The notes below the pieces were generated by a model, which saw only the letters and a program-made list of their open reading frames with translations, was not told where the DNA came from and ran no database searches. A stretch of 32,000 nucleotides of DNA, taken from positions 30,001 through 62,000 of the forward strand of contig JAUWGH010000005.1 of the NCBI GenBank assembly GCA_030606485.1, written 5' to 3'. Below, in pieces: positions 9,822-18,562 of this stretch. Positions within the stretch are counted from its first letter, which is position 1, and each line of letters opens with the position of its first letter. This stretch comes from Promethearchaeota archaeon (GTDB taxonomy: Archaea; Asgardarchaeota; Lokiarchaeia; Sigyniarchaeales; SOKP01). A program made the translations under genes and the position numbers.

Positions 9822-10322
9822 ATGTGTTTTGAAGGAAGCTTTAATCCACAATTTCGGCATAGCCATTTTCGATGTTCTCCACATGATATCGCAGCATTAA
9901 AGGGAATGATTTTTAAAGGTATGAAACACGGTATGAAATTTTTTGAAGGCTGGGTACCTTACGATATACAAGAACATGAGAATGAATATTTAATCACTAT
10001 TCCATTGCCAGGACTAACTAAAGACGATGTTAAAGTTTCAATTGTTGGGAGGAATTTAAATATCACTGCAAAAAGATCAAAATCTGATGAGAAAGAAGGT
10101 GTGAGTGATGAAAGTAAAAAATCTTATGGAGTATATGGAGCACCATTTTTCATGGATTTTTTCTCACGGATGAGTAAAAAGGATATTAATCTTGATATTC
10201 CCTTACAAATTGATGCAGATGAAAACATGGTTAAATCAAAAATGGCTAATGGGCTCTTAGAAATAAAAATTGGAAAAAAGCTAGCAAAAAATATTGACAT
10301 AAATACTGAAGGAAACGATTAA
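9822..10322 (+). CDS. Small heat shock protein (Hsp20/alpha-crystallin domain)
   Basis: YDIQEHENEYLITIPLPGLTKDDVKVSI...LNITA...KSKMANGLLEIKIGK, with a C-terminal I-D-I motif. Confidence 0.85.
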   Translation: MCFEGSFNPQFRHSHFRCSPHDIAALKGMIFKGMKHGMKFFEGWVPYDIQEHENEYLITIPLPGLTKDDVKVSIVGRNLNITAKRSKSDEKEGVSDESKKSYGVYGAPFFMDFFSRMSKKDINLDIPLQIDADENMVKSKMANGLLEIKIGKKLAKNIDINTEGND

Positions 10323-10557
10323 TAGAATCTTTAATAAAATTAATGGCGGAGCGCTTAAGAATAAATGATTTATCGCTTCAACGGGAATAGAATTGAAAAT
10401 TCATAATTCTGAAGCACCCTATTAATAATATTTTTTTTAATTATTATACTTTTTTCAAGATATTATATTAAGATTAAAATAAACAGTTGTTTGAATTTAA
10501 AATACAATTTCACACAAAAAAAGATACTAAAAAAATTAAATCAAATAATAAAAATTT

Positions 10558-10794
10558 TTATCTTCTAATTTTTCTTGCTTCTCGTTCAACTTCCCTTAAT
10601 AAAACGATATCATCTAAACGAACTGGTCCCTTAACGTTGCGAGTTAAAATTCTGTTTTTATCCGGCCCTTCTAAGATCCTGACCTTGACTTGCATTATCT
10701 CCCCTGTCATCCCAGTCTTTCCGACAACCTGAATGACCTGAGCCGGATAGGATCGATCTACATACCCTTCTTTACCCTTTTCTCTTTTACTCAA
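10558..10794 (-). CDS. rps28e: 30S ribosomal protein S28e
   Basis: [57 protein letters not shown]; TTG start. Confidence 0.97.
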   Translation of the reverse strand: MSKREKGKEGYVDRSYPAQVIQVVGKTGMTGEIMQVKVRILEGPDKNRILTRNVKGPVRLDDIVLLREVEREARKIRR

Positions 10795-10814
10795 TAAATC
10801 TCAACTTGATGTTT

Positions 10815-11183
10815 CTACTTTAATTTAACAACTTGGCTGATAATATCTTTAATTGCTGCTACATTATCTTCTCCAGGTATAATTATAGCAAGAGAGGATG
10901 TATCAATTTTTAAACCCACCGCTTTTCCCAAATCTTTTTTTGTGTTAACATAAATATATGGAATGTTCTTCTCATCACAGAGCAAGGGTAAATGGAAAAC
11001 AACTTCTGGTGGATCAACATCTTCGGCAATGATAACTAATTTAGCAATGCCGCGTTCAATGGATTTAGTAACTTCATTCATTCCCTTTTTAATTTTTGTT
11101 TCAGGAGTGCTCGAAATGTTTGAAATTGTATCAATTACTTTTTTTTTTAATTTATCAGGTATATTAATTTTAACATAACTCAT
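10815..11183 (-). CDS. rpl7ae: 50S ribosomal protein L7Ae
   Basis: [46 protein letters not shown]; GGAGG SD at 11200-11196. Confidence 0.97.
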   Translation of the reverse strand: MSYVKINIPDKLKKKVIDTISNISSTPETKIKKGMNEVTKSIERGIAKLVIIAEDVDPPEVVFHLPLLCDEKNIPYIYVNTKKDLGKAVGLKIDTSSLAIIIPGEDNVAAIKDIISQVVKLK

Positions 11184-11419
11184 TTTTTTAAAAAACCTCC
11201 TTCAAATATTCTATAATATTTTCATTAATCATAGGATAATTCCTTAAATAAATCATTTTAATTAAAATTTATTATAATTTCTTATTGGTTTTCACAAATA
11301 ATTTTTGTCTTATTTTCTTTAAAATAAAAACAGATTAATAATTTTTATGACTAAGAGATATGTTATGAAGAATATTTGACTTTTATTTAGAAGATGATTT
11401 TAAAATGAGAGGTAAAAAT

Positions 11420-12901
11420 ATGGATTGGCTGGAACAACCTAGAATTTATGAAATAAACACTTGGCTTTGGCTTCAAGCTTTATCAAATATTTATAAACAC
11501 GAAATTACGCTTAATAATATCCCTCCTGAGGTTTTCGGTCAAGAATTAAAATTTTTCGATGTTATTTGGCTTATGGGTGTCTGGGAACGCAGTCCTCAAA
11601 GTAGAGAAATTGCTCTTAACCACACTGGCTTACAACAGGAATATCATAAAGCTTTAAGTGATTTTAAGACAGAAGATGTTGTAGGCTCGCCCTATTCCAT
11701 CTTTGACTATCACGTAGATCCTCATCTTGGTGGTGAAGATGGTTTAAAAAACTTCCGTAAACAATTAACCGAACGAAATATGCATTTATTACTAGATTAC
11801 GTACCAAACCATGTAGCTGTTGATCACCCCTGGATTTTAGAAAAACCAGATATATTCATAAAAGGAAATATTAATGATTATAGAGCACATCCAATTGAAT
11901 TTTTTAGTACTAATGATCATATTTATGCACATGGAAAGGATCCTAATTTCTTTCCACCTTGGACGGATACAGTGCAAATAAACGCATTTTCATCGGTTGC
12001 CCGAAAGAAAGCAATAAATATTTTACTCAACATTGCTGAACAATGTGATGGTGTTCGTTGTGATATGGCAATGTTAATGATTAATCATGTTTTTAGTCGT
12101 ACTTGGGGTGAAAGAGCGGGACCTCGACCAGAGAAAGGCTTTTGGCGGGAAGTAATCCCTGAGATTTTGAAAAAATTTCCAGACTTTTTATTTATTGCAG
12201 AAGTATATTGGAATATGGAATGGGAATTACAGCAACAAGGATTTAATTTTTGCTATGATAAACGGTTGTATGATCGTATGCTGCACGAGAGAGCTGAAAC
12301 GATTTATATTCATCTCTGTGCAGAATGGGATTATCAAAGGAAACTTTTACGCTTTATTGAAAATCATGATGAACTTAGAGCAATAACGGTATTTGGTGAA
12401 GAACGTTCTCGAGCAGCTGCAATTATAAGTCTCACTTTACCTGGTGCAAAATTAGTCCATGAAGGACAAATGAAGGGGTATAAAGTAAAAATACCGGTTC
12501 AATTAGGAAGGCGTCCAGTTGAGGATAATAACCAAGATCTCTTAGAATTTTATCAAAAACTATTAAATGTTGCATCTGCAGAGGAATTAACCAAAGGTAA
12601 ATGGGCTCTCTGTAAGATTGAGCCTATAAATACTGAAAATTACACATATACTAATTTAATTTCTTATCAATGGATGTCCAAAGAACAGCATCATCTTATA
12701 GTTGTAAATTACAGTCCAAATCCTGCGCAAGGACATGTTAGAATTGAAGAATTAAATTACGATACTTATGATTGGATTTTTACTGATTTACTAACACAAA
12801 AAAGATTTATCTATAAGGGCAAAGATCTTGATACTTATGGTCTTTACGTCGATCTTTCTGCTTGGGGCGGTCACATATTTTATATAAAGCGAATTGATTA
12901 A
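11420..12901 (+). CDS. GH13 alpha-amylase family glycosyl hydrolase
   Basis: DYVPNH, DGVRCDMAM (Asp nucleophile), FIAEVYW (Glu) and FIENHDE (Asp). GAGGT at 11409-11413 favours the ATG at 11420 over 11405. Confidence 0.9.
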   Translation: MDWLEQPRIYEINTWLWLQALSNIYKHEITLNNIPPEVFGQELKFFDVIWLMGVWERSPQSREIALNHTGLQQEYHKALSDFKTEDVVGSPYSIFDYHVDPHLGGEDGLKNFRKQLTERNMHLLLDYVPNHVAVDHPWILEKPDIFIKGNINDYRAHPIEFFSTNDHIYAHGKDPNFFPPWTDTVQINAFSSVARKKAINILLNIAEQCDGVRCDMAMLMINHVFSRTWGERAGPRPEKGFWREVIPEILKKFPDFLFIAEVYWNMEWELQQQGFNFCYDKRLYDRMLHERAETIYIHLCAEWDYQRKLLRFIENHDELRAITVFGEERSRAAAIISLTLPGAKLVHEGQMKGYKVKIPVQLGRRPVEDNNQDLLEFYQKLLNVASAEELTKGKWALCKIEPINTENYTYTNLISYQWMSKEQHHLIVVNYSPNPAQGHVRIEELNYDTYDWIFTDLLTQKRFIYKGKDLDTYGLYVDLSAWGGHIFYIKRID

Positions 12902-12953
12902 ATTATTCAATGAATTGTTCCATAAGAAATAGATTGATTTAATCTATGTCTTA

Positions 12954-13802
12954 TTATTCTCTAAGGAATGATTGTATACTTGAATTAACTAATTCAGGAT
13001 CATCGTGCATAACCCAATGAGATGCGTTCTCAATTCTAACAATTTTAAGATCTTTAATAAAATCTTCTAATCCTTCGAGTACTTTAGGCAATACAAATAT
13101 ATCTTTCATACCGAATATAACTAAAGTTGGGACATTAATTATTCCAGACCATTCCTCATAGCTACGATTTGCCTTGTAATAATTTACTCCTCCAGTTAAT
13201 GCGCCTGGTTGGGACCATGCTTCTATATATTTTTCTTTATCAAATTCACTAAATGCTTTTTTATTTTTTGCTGTACCAAAAACAGACAATTGTAAAGCTT
13301 GAAAATTATTTTCAAAGAGAAAACTTTCACCTTCTTTTAAAAATCTGACGATATATCCACTGGCTTTCTTTTGGTCGTTATCTTTTGTAATTAACTTTCT
13401 AAATATTTTTGGATGGGGCGCATTTAATATTATTAATTTTTTTAATATTTCAGGGTATTTCTCGGCTAATGCCCACGATACCATTCCACCCCAATCATGT
13501 CCTGCAAGATTAAATTTAGTAAAACCTAATTTTTCGCTTAAACCTTTAATATCTTCTATTAAAATATCTAATTTATAATTTTCAATTCCATCCGGTTTAT
13601 CGGAAAGATTATAACCTCGCATATCAGGAACAATTAATTGAAACTTATCTTTTAACCCTAAAATTATATTTTTCCAACCATACCAAAAATCTGGAAATCC
13701 ATGTAGTAATATGAGAGGTTCTCCAGAACCAGTAATAATTGTATGAAGGGTAATTCCATTTATTTTAATATATTTTTCTTCGATTTCATTAAATATTTCC
13801 AT
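12954..13802 (-). CDS. Alpha/beta hydrolase, epoxide hydrolase-like
   Basis: LHGFPDFW, PDMRGYNLS, GHDWGG (Asp nucleophile) and SHWVMHDDP. Confidence 0.9.
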   Translation of the reverse strand: MEIFNEIEEKYIKINGITLHTIITGSGEPLILLHGFPDFWYGWKNIILGLKDKFQLIVPDMRGYNLSDKPDGIENYKLDILIEDIKGLSEKLGFTKFNLAGHDWGGMVSWALAEKYPEILKKLIILNAPHPKIFRKLITKDNDQKKASGYIVRFLKEGESFLFENNFQALQLSVFGTAKNKKAFSEFDKEKYIEAWSQPGALTGGVNYYKANRSYEEWSGIINVPTLVIFGMKDIFVLPKVLEGLEDFIKDLKIVRIENASHWVMHDDPELVNSSIQSFLRE

Positions 13803-13871
13803 AATATTTATTCACAATATTCATTAAAATAAAAACAATTTAAATCTAAATTAATAATTTAATTAATAGAA

Positions 13872-13975
13872 TGGGATGGGAGGGATTCGAACCCCCGACC
13901 TCTTGGCCCCCAGCCAAGAATTACGCTGTAAAGAATAAGTCTTTACAGAATCATACCAAGCTAGACCACCATCCC
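13872..13975 (-). tRNA. tRNA-Pro(GGG) with a 30-nt intron at non-canonical position 25/26 (intron 13920-13949)
   Basis: Minus strand: GGGATGG-TG-GTCT AGCTTGGTA TGAT-[intron]-T-CTTGG CTGGGGG CCAAG-AGGTC-GGGGG TTCGAAT CCCTC-CCATCCC-A. BHB motif: helix TATG/CGTA, two ATT bulges, 9-bp intron hairpin. No encoded CCA. Confidence 0.93.
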
Positions 13976-14103
13976 ATATTTAATAGAGGTTAATTCGCAA
14001 AGTAGGTTCTTTATTTCTATTAGTAAAACACAATATAAATTTTTTATAATATTTCAAAAAAAATATTTAAATTTTCCATCAATTTAAAAAATAGAGTATA
14101 ATA

Positions 14104-14394
14104 ATGAGAAAGAGAACGCCATATCTTATTTTTTGGCCCCAGTATTTTGATAAGAATCGAACAATCAATCAAGGTCGTAGATTACCTAAAAATCTTGCAA
14201 TTGAAAAGGTAACTTTAGATGATATAGAGAAGGCGGTGAAAGCATTAGGTTATGAATATAAAATTGAAAATACTTCAAGATATCCAAAGACATGGTGGGA
14301 TAACCCGGGGCGTATTCTCATTGATTCTAAAGGCAAAAAGAAAAGAAAAATATTATTTGAAATCGCAAAGCAAATCAGGAAAATAAAAAGTTAA
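14104..14394 (+). CDS. srp19: Signal recognition particle 19 kDa protein
   Basis: IFWPQYFDKNRTINQGRRLPK...YPKTWWDNPGRILI...KKRKILFEIA. Confidence 0.95.
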   Translation: MRKRTPYLIFWPQYFDKNRTINQGRRLPKNLAIEKVTLDDIEKAVKALGYEYKIENTSRYPKTWWDNPGRILIDSKGKKKRKILFEIAKQIRKIKS

Positions 14395-14414
14395 GTAATA
14401 GGGGAGAAAAAAAA

Positions 14415-14789
14415 ATACACGAGTTTGCTTTTGCATCACAAATTTATCAAACTGCCTTAAACACAGCTATAAAATATAATGCTATTAAAATTACAGAAGT
14501 ATTTTTAGAAATTGGAGAATTTACTCTTATTGTTCCTGAACTTTTAAAACAATCATTTAAAATGGCGACAACAGGAACTATTGCAGAAGGTGCTAAACTA
14601 AACATGCAAGTCACTCCTGGAGAAATTCAATGTAATAAGTGCGGTAAAATAACGACAATTAGCTTTAAAGAAACAGATGCTTTAACGGGGTTGCTGTTAT
14701 TTAAATGTAAGTTTTGTGATTCTACAGATACCAAAATTATTAAAGGAAAATCCGCAATTGTGAAAAATATAAAAATAGAAACAGACTGA
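14415..14789 (+). CDS. hypA: Hydrogenase maturation nickel chaperone HypA; ATA start inferred
   Basis: ATA-CAC-GAG gives (M)HE-FAFASQI...LEIGEFTLIVPELLKQSF. CNKC and CKFC zinc motifs; IIKGK. GGGGAG lies 8 nt upstream; no ATG/GTG/TTG in frame back to TGA at 14358. Confidence 0.9.
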   Translation: MHEFAFASQIYQTALNTAIKYNAIKITEVFLEIGEFTLIVPELLKQSFKMATTGTIAEGAKLNMQVTPGEIQCNKCGKITTISFKETDALTGLLLFKCKFCDSTDTKIIKGKSAIVKNIKIETD

Positions 14790-15173
14790 TTATTCTTTTA
14801 TAAGAACTGCGTTAATAATGCCGTCTTGACCAGGGCGACTTGTTATTTTCGCTAATCCTTTCTCAGTATGAATTATTGCTCCTTTAGTTATAATATGCCT
14901 TCGAGAAAGATCTTTAGAGGCGGGATTTTCCTCAAATCTGAGAATTTTAGTTTTTTCAGTTTTTTTACTTAATGGGTCTGTTAGATTGCAAAAGGAGTTT
15001 GAAAATAATTTTAATTTATAATTCCCACCAAGAACTCTTTGTTTTTTCTTTTTCTCTGTTCCAATTGTTGTTTCTATTGGAGGACTTGCAAGCTCTCTTT
15101 TTCTCTTTTTTCCAAAATGTTTATACTTTTTTCCAGTATATTTTCTTTTACTTCTTTTTTGCGACCTTGCCAT
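14790..15173 (-). CDS. rps8e: 30S ribosomal protein S8e
   Basis: MARSQKRSKRKYTGKKY...RVLGGNYK...ENPASKDLSRRHIITKGAII...ITSRPGQDGIINAVLI. The real start is the ATG at 15173, not the 15302 ORF-track start. Confidence 0.96.
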   Translation of the reverse strand: MARSQKRSKRKYTGKKYKHFGKKRKRELASPPIETTIGTEKKKKQRVLGGNYKLKLFSNSFCNLTDPLSKKTEKTKILRFEENPASKDLSRRHIITKGAIIHTEKGLAKITSRPGQDGIINAVLIKE

Positions 15174-15290
15174 ATTTCTTTTAATTTTTAAAATCTTTAA
15201 AATTTTATGATTTTTGGTATATAGAGAAAAAAAATAAATATTAAAGAACTCATTATTACTTAAATTATATAAAAGATTGTGTAAGCAATT

Positions 15291-15929
15291 ATGAACGAAC
15301 ACATTTTAAAGAATAAATTTGATACACAGACATTAGATAATGTTATCAAAACAGGTACAACTACGGTTGCAATTAAAATAAAAGATGGCGTGGTTGTAGG
15401 TACTGAATCTCAAGCAACAGCGGGATATTTTGTTGCAACAAAACAAGCCCAGAAATTGTTCAAAATAAACGATTTCTGTGCTGCCACGATTAGCGGTGGT
15501 GTAGCTGATTGTCAATATGTTGTGAATCAAGCCATTGCTTTATCTAATCTTAAGACTGTCGAAGAAGAAAAGATCCCTGAACCGAAATATGTTGCTAATA
15601 CCGTTAGGAATCTACTTTATCAGGGGCGTTCATATTTTCTTACCTTAATGATAATTGCAGGGTATTCAGAGAAAGAAGGCATAGGAATGCTATATGGGAT
15701 CGACCTTCTTGGAACTTTATATGAAGAAGAAAAGTTCATAAGTTTTGGTTCTGGTTCTCCCTACTCTCTCGGAGTTTTGGAAACAGAATGGAAAGAAAAT
15801 ATGACTGCTCCAGAGGGATTAAAATTGGTAGAAAAAGCAATAACTTCATCCCGAGCAAGAGATGCAGGTTCAGGTTATAAAATACAATTAGCGACCATAA
15901 CAAAAAGCGGATTTAAGCAAAAGAAATAA
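15291..15929 (+). CDS. psmB: Proteasome subunit beta
   Basis: Propeptide ending KTG|TTTV (Thr1), Glu17, Lys33, TISGGVADCQ, GSGSPY and RARDAGSG. Confidence 0.95.
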   Translation: MNEHILKNKFDTQTLDNVIKTGTTTVAIKIKDGVVVGTESQATAGYFVATKQAQKLFKINDFCAATISGGVADCQYVVNQAIALSNLKTVEEEKIPEPKYVANTVRNLLYQGRSYFLTLMIIAGYSEKEGIGMLYGIDLLGTLYEEEKFISFGSGSPYSLGVLETEWKENMTAPEGLKLVEKAITSSRARDAGSGYKIQLATITKSGFKQKK

Positions 15930-16409
15930 TTATTTTTGAATCTTTACATCTATTTGAATTATACCATCTTTTAAAAATAAGAATCCATTCAGTTTTTTCT
16001 TTTTTCCATCAATAATTGTCCAAATTTGATGTTTAAATCTTAGATCTCCCCAATCATAAAGCATTCTCATATAATTAGAATCAACTCCACTTGGCATTGC
16101 AGAACCTGGATGAGAATGAAAAATGCTAATTAATCTTAAATTAAATTTTTTTGCTGCTTCTTCAAAAATCTCGTTAAATTTTTCCAAATTATCCATTAAA
16201 AAAGCAACTGGAGAGGGTTTTGATGATTTTATACACTCAAATTTTTTCGCAGAATAGATGTATTGATATCCCTCTTCATTTTTTAACTCTTGAATATCTC
16301 CAAAAATCAAACCGCATGATTCATTAGGTGAAGCGTTCCTTGAACATTCCTGTAATTGAAAGAAAATCTTCTCTGGAATAATTATTTTAATATTTTTTTC
16401 GAATTTCAT
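15930..16409 (-). CDS. JAMM/MPN+ metalloprotease (Mov34 family)
   Basis: NESCGLIFG...FHSHPGSAMPSGVD, the complete E-x(n)-HxH-x7-S-x2-D motif. Confidence 0.9.
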   Translation of the reverse strand: MKFEKNIKIIIPEKIFFQLQECSRNASPNESCGLIFGDIQELKNEEGYQYIYSAKKFECIKSSKPSPVAFLMDNLEKFNEIFEEAAKKFNLRLISIFHSHPGSAMPSGVDSNYMRMLYDWGDLRFKHQIWTIIDGKKKKLNGFLFLKDGIIQIDVKIQK

Positions 16410-16434
16410 TTTATCTATATAATCTTAGTGTGAT

Positions 16435-17181
16435 TTAATCCATATTAAAAAAGCTTAATGCAGAATTTATTGCAACTAATCGTGCAATTCTTTCTTCTAT
16501 TATGCCTTTTTGATTTTTTTCGATATTTTCTTTAATATCTATGCTACTCCCTCCAATAATAATAGTATCTTTATTCTGAAGGCTTAATTCTTTATATAAA
16601 TAATCTTGAATATCTTCGGTAATAGAAAAATCATAGATAAAATTTGATTTATCTTTATATTCAGGTAATTTTAATTGTTTATCCTCATATATTAAACAAG
16701 TTGCACCAATATTATTCACTTTAATGGTGCATTCATTTTTTCCAATCTTAATTTTTAAATCATCTACTAAATCTTTAATTTTTATGGATGCATCTCTCTG
16801 CGCCATTCCATCAGTCAATTTATTGAACACATCTTTTATTTGAGCAATGTAAAAACTATGTCCGAATGCCATTTTTGATAAAATTATATTTCCTTTTCTA
16901 ATACTTACAATTTTTTCCTTTATTTTTTTTAAAATATCCTTTCCCTTGACACTTAAAGTATGACCTTTTCTCTGTGTTTCTTTTTTAATCATATTATTCT
17001 CTTTTAATTTATTAAAAATTGATTTGGCCATACCTGATGAGATTAATAATTCTTCTTGTAGTTTATACCTTCCAAATCCTTTAAGATGTTCTTCGAATAG
17101 AAACAAAGTGAGAACTAGATGAACATATTTAAAATTGGGTTTTAGTGTTTTACTTACATAAAATTTCTTAAATGATTCCAA
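16435..17181 (-). CDS. DUF4443-like winged-helix protein
   Basis: N-terminal HTH (GFGRYKLQEELLISSGMAKSI...KGHTLSVKG) and C-terminal G..QRDASIK...GATCLIY; TTG start with GGTG upstream. Confidence 0.65.
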   Translation of the reverse strand: MESFKKFYVSKTLKPNFKYVHLVLTLFLFEEHLKGFGRYKLQEELLISSGMAKSIFNKLKENNMIKKETQRKGHTLSVKGKDILKKIKEKIVSIRKGNIILSKMAFGHSFYIAQIKDVFNKLTDGMAQRDASIKIKDLVDDLKIKIGKNECTIKVNNIGATCLIYEDKQLKLPEYKDKSNFIYDFSITEDIQDYLYKELSLQNKDTIIIGGSSIDIKENIEKNQKGIIEERIARLVAINSALSFFNMD

Positions 17182-17225
17182 GGATTTTTACACCTAGAAT
17201 TATGAAGTATAATTATTTTTGATAT

Positions 17226-18530
17226 TCATAAAAACCTTATGAATTTGATTTTTTCTGCGTTTTCATATAAATCATTTGAAGGAGCTTTTGTTAATCTTTT
17301 TAATTTCATCATTCGAGAATTGCAAAAATAAATTGATTCAAATTCAGACTTTTCACTCTCTTTTTTGCCCGGAACTAGCATTAATCTTGCTGTCAATGGT
17401 TTTTCTAATGATAAACCTAAAGATGCAAGATCTAATAGTATGTAAAAAATCTCTCTCTCACTTACATCCCCTTGCAATGGTACGCAATCAAGTCCGGTTC
17501 CACAAGTTGCAGAATAAAGTAATAATGAATCAATTGTATATTTTCCTTCATCCAACCTTTTGGATAAAACAGAATCTTCAAGAATTGGTTGCATGAATCC
17601 TGAGAAACCAATTTTTTTAATATTTAAAGATTTTATAATATTCATTATCATTGAAACAGCAAAAAATGTACCTTGGGCACCAAAATATTCAATACCCATT
17701 TCTTCGATCACTTTACCGATACTTTTTAAATCTTCAGGAAATGGAGCAGGAGAAAAATCAATACCATGAAATAGAATATTGAATTTTTTCTCACAATTCT
17801 CACAAATATTTGAAATGTTCTTAAATATCTCTTCAAATTTGGATTTGAGCTTTTTCTGAAAATCATGCAAGCTATCTGAGTGCTGTAAGGTTGATACTAC
17901 TTCATCGGCCATTTCTAATGCTATTGAGAATTTTGGTTTATCTGATAAGTGATAAGAAGCAGGGAAAAATGGTGTATCTTCTGGTACATTAACATTTACA
18001 CAGAATTTATGAGAATAAAATGGTTTATTGACTGGGATTTGCTTTATTATACTCGCACAATCTTTTATTGAAAGAAGATTAATTCCATATTTTTGAGAAG
18101 CAACTTGAATGGAAGTAAAAAGATTTTCATAATCTTCAAGAATCCTTGGAACATTTTTGAGAAATTTTTGCTCTATTGAACCATAATTCTCAAACTCATC
18201 AGCCAAAATAGTTAGACAAGCGACTAAGTCAATATTGACCTTTTTACAATGGGAAATTAATAATTCTATTCCTTTTCTAAGATTGTTCAAATTTTCGTTA
18301 AAATTTGAGTTCTCTTTCAAAAAGGGATTTCCTTCTTTTTGATATAATGGTTGAGTACAAATCCTTGTAGTTTGTATTTCTATTCCAATTTTTTCGAATC
18401 TCTCTTTTAATTCATCTAATAATTCTTTAAAAGTCTGAAACTGAACATCTAAAACTGATTCTAAGCTTTTAATTCCTAGAGGCTGATAAAAGGGAAATTG
18501 TAATCCAATCGTAATAGCTCTTATTTTCAT
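17226..18530 (-). CDS. DUF711 family protein (PFL-like fold)
   Basis: MKIRAITIG, IQTTRI, TPFFPASYH, GIDFSPAP, GFSGFMQPILED, YSATCGTGLDCVPLQGD and PLTARL. Confidence 0.85.
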   Translation of the reverse strand: MKIRAITIGLQFPFYQPLGIKSLESVLDVQFQTFKELLDELKERFEKIGIEIQTTRICTQPLYQKEGNPFLKENSNFNENLNNLRKGIELLISHCKKVNIDLVACLTILADEFENYGSIEQKFLKNVPRILEDYENLFTSIQVASQKYGINLLSIKDCASIIKQIPVNKPFYSHKFCVNVNVPEDTPFFPASYHLSDKPKFSIALEMADEVVSTLQHSDSLHDFQKKLKSKFEEIFKNISNICENCEKKFNILFHGIDFSPAPFPEDLKSIGKVIEEMGIEYFGAQGTFFAVSMIMNIIKSLNIKKIGFSGFMQPILEDSVLSKRLDEGKYTIDSLLLYSATCGTGLDCVPLQGDVSEREIFYILLDLASLGLSLEKPLTARLMLVPGKKESEKSEFESIYFCNSRMMKLKRLTKAPSNDLYENAEKIKFIRFL

Positions 18531-18562
18531 CTATTTCTAAAACCAGTAAATGTTTTTTAAAT

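Noticed and set aside
10365-10396. SECIS-like pattern ATGA-N11-AA-N13-GA
   Set aside because: Helix II pairs poorly, the 3' arm is too short, and no neighbouring gene has an in-frame TGA at a Cys-equivalent site.
11405-12901. GH13 gene as a recent horizontal acquisition (seems slightly more GC-rich)
   Set aside because: Visual impression only; it needs GC3/codon statistics and a phylogeny, and there are no mobility marks.
15174-15302. 43-residue N-terminal extension of S8e in the ORF track
   Set aside because: AT-rich promoter DNA shared with psmB; homology starts at the ATG at 15173.
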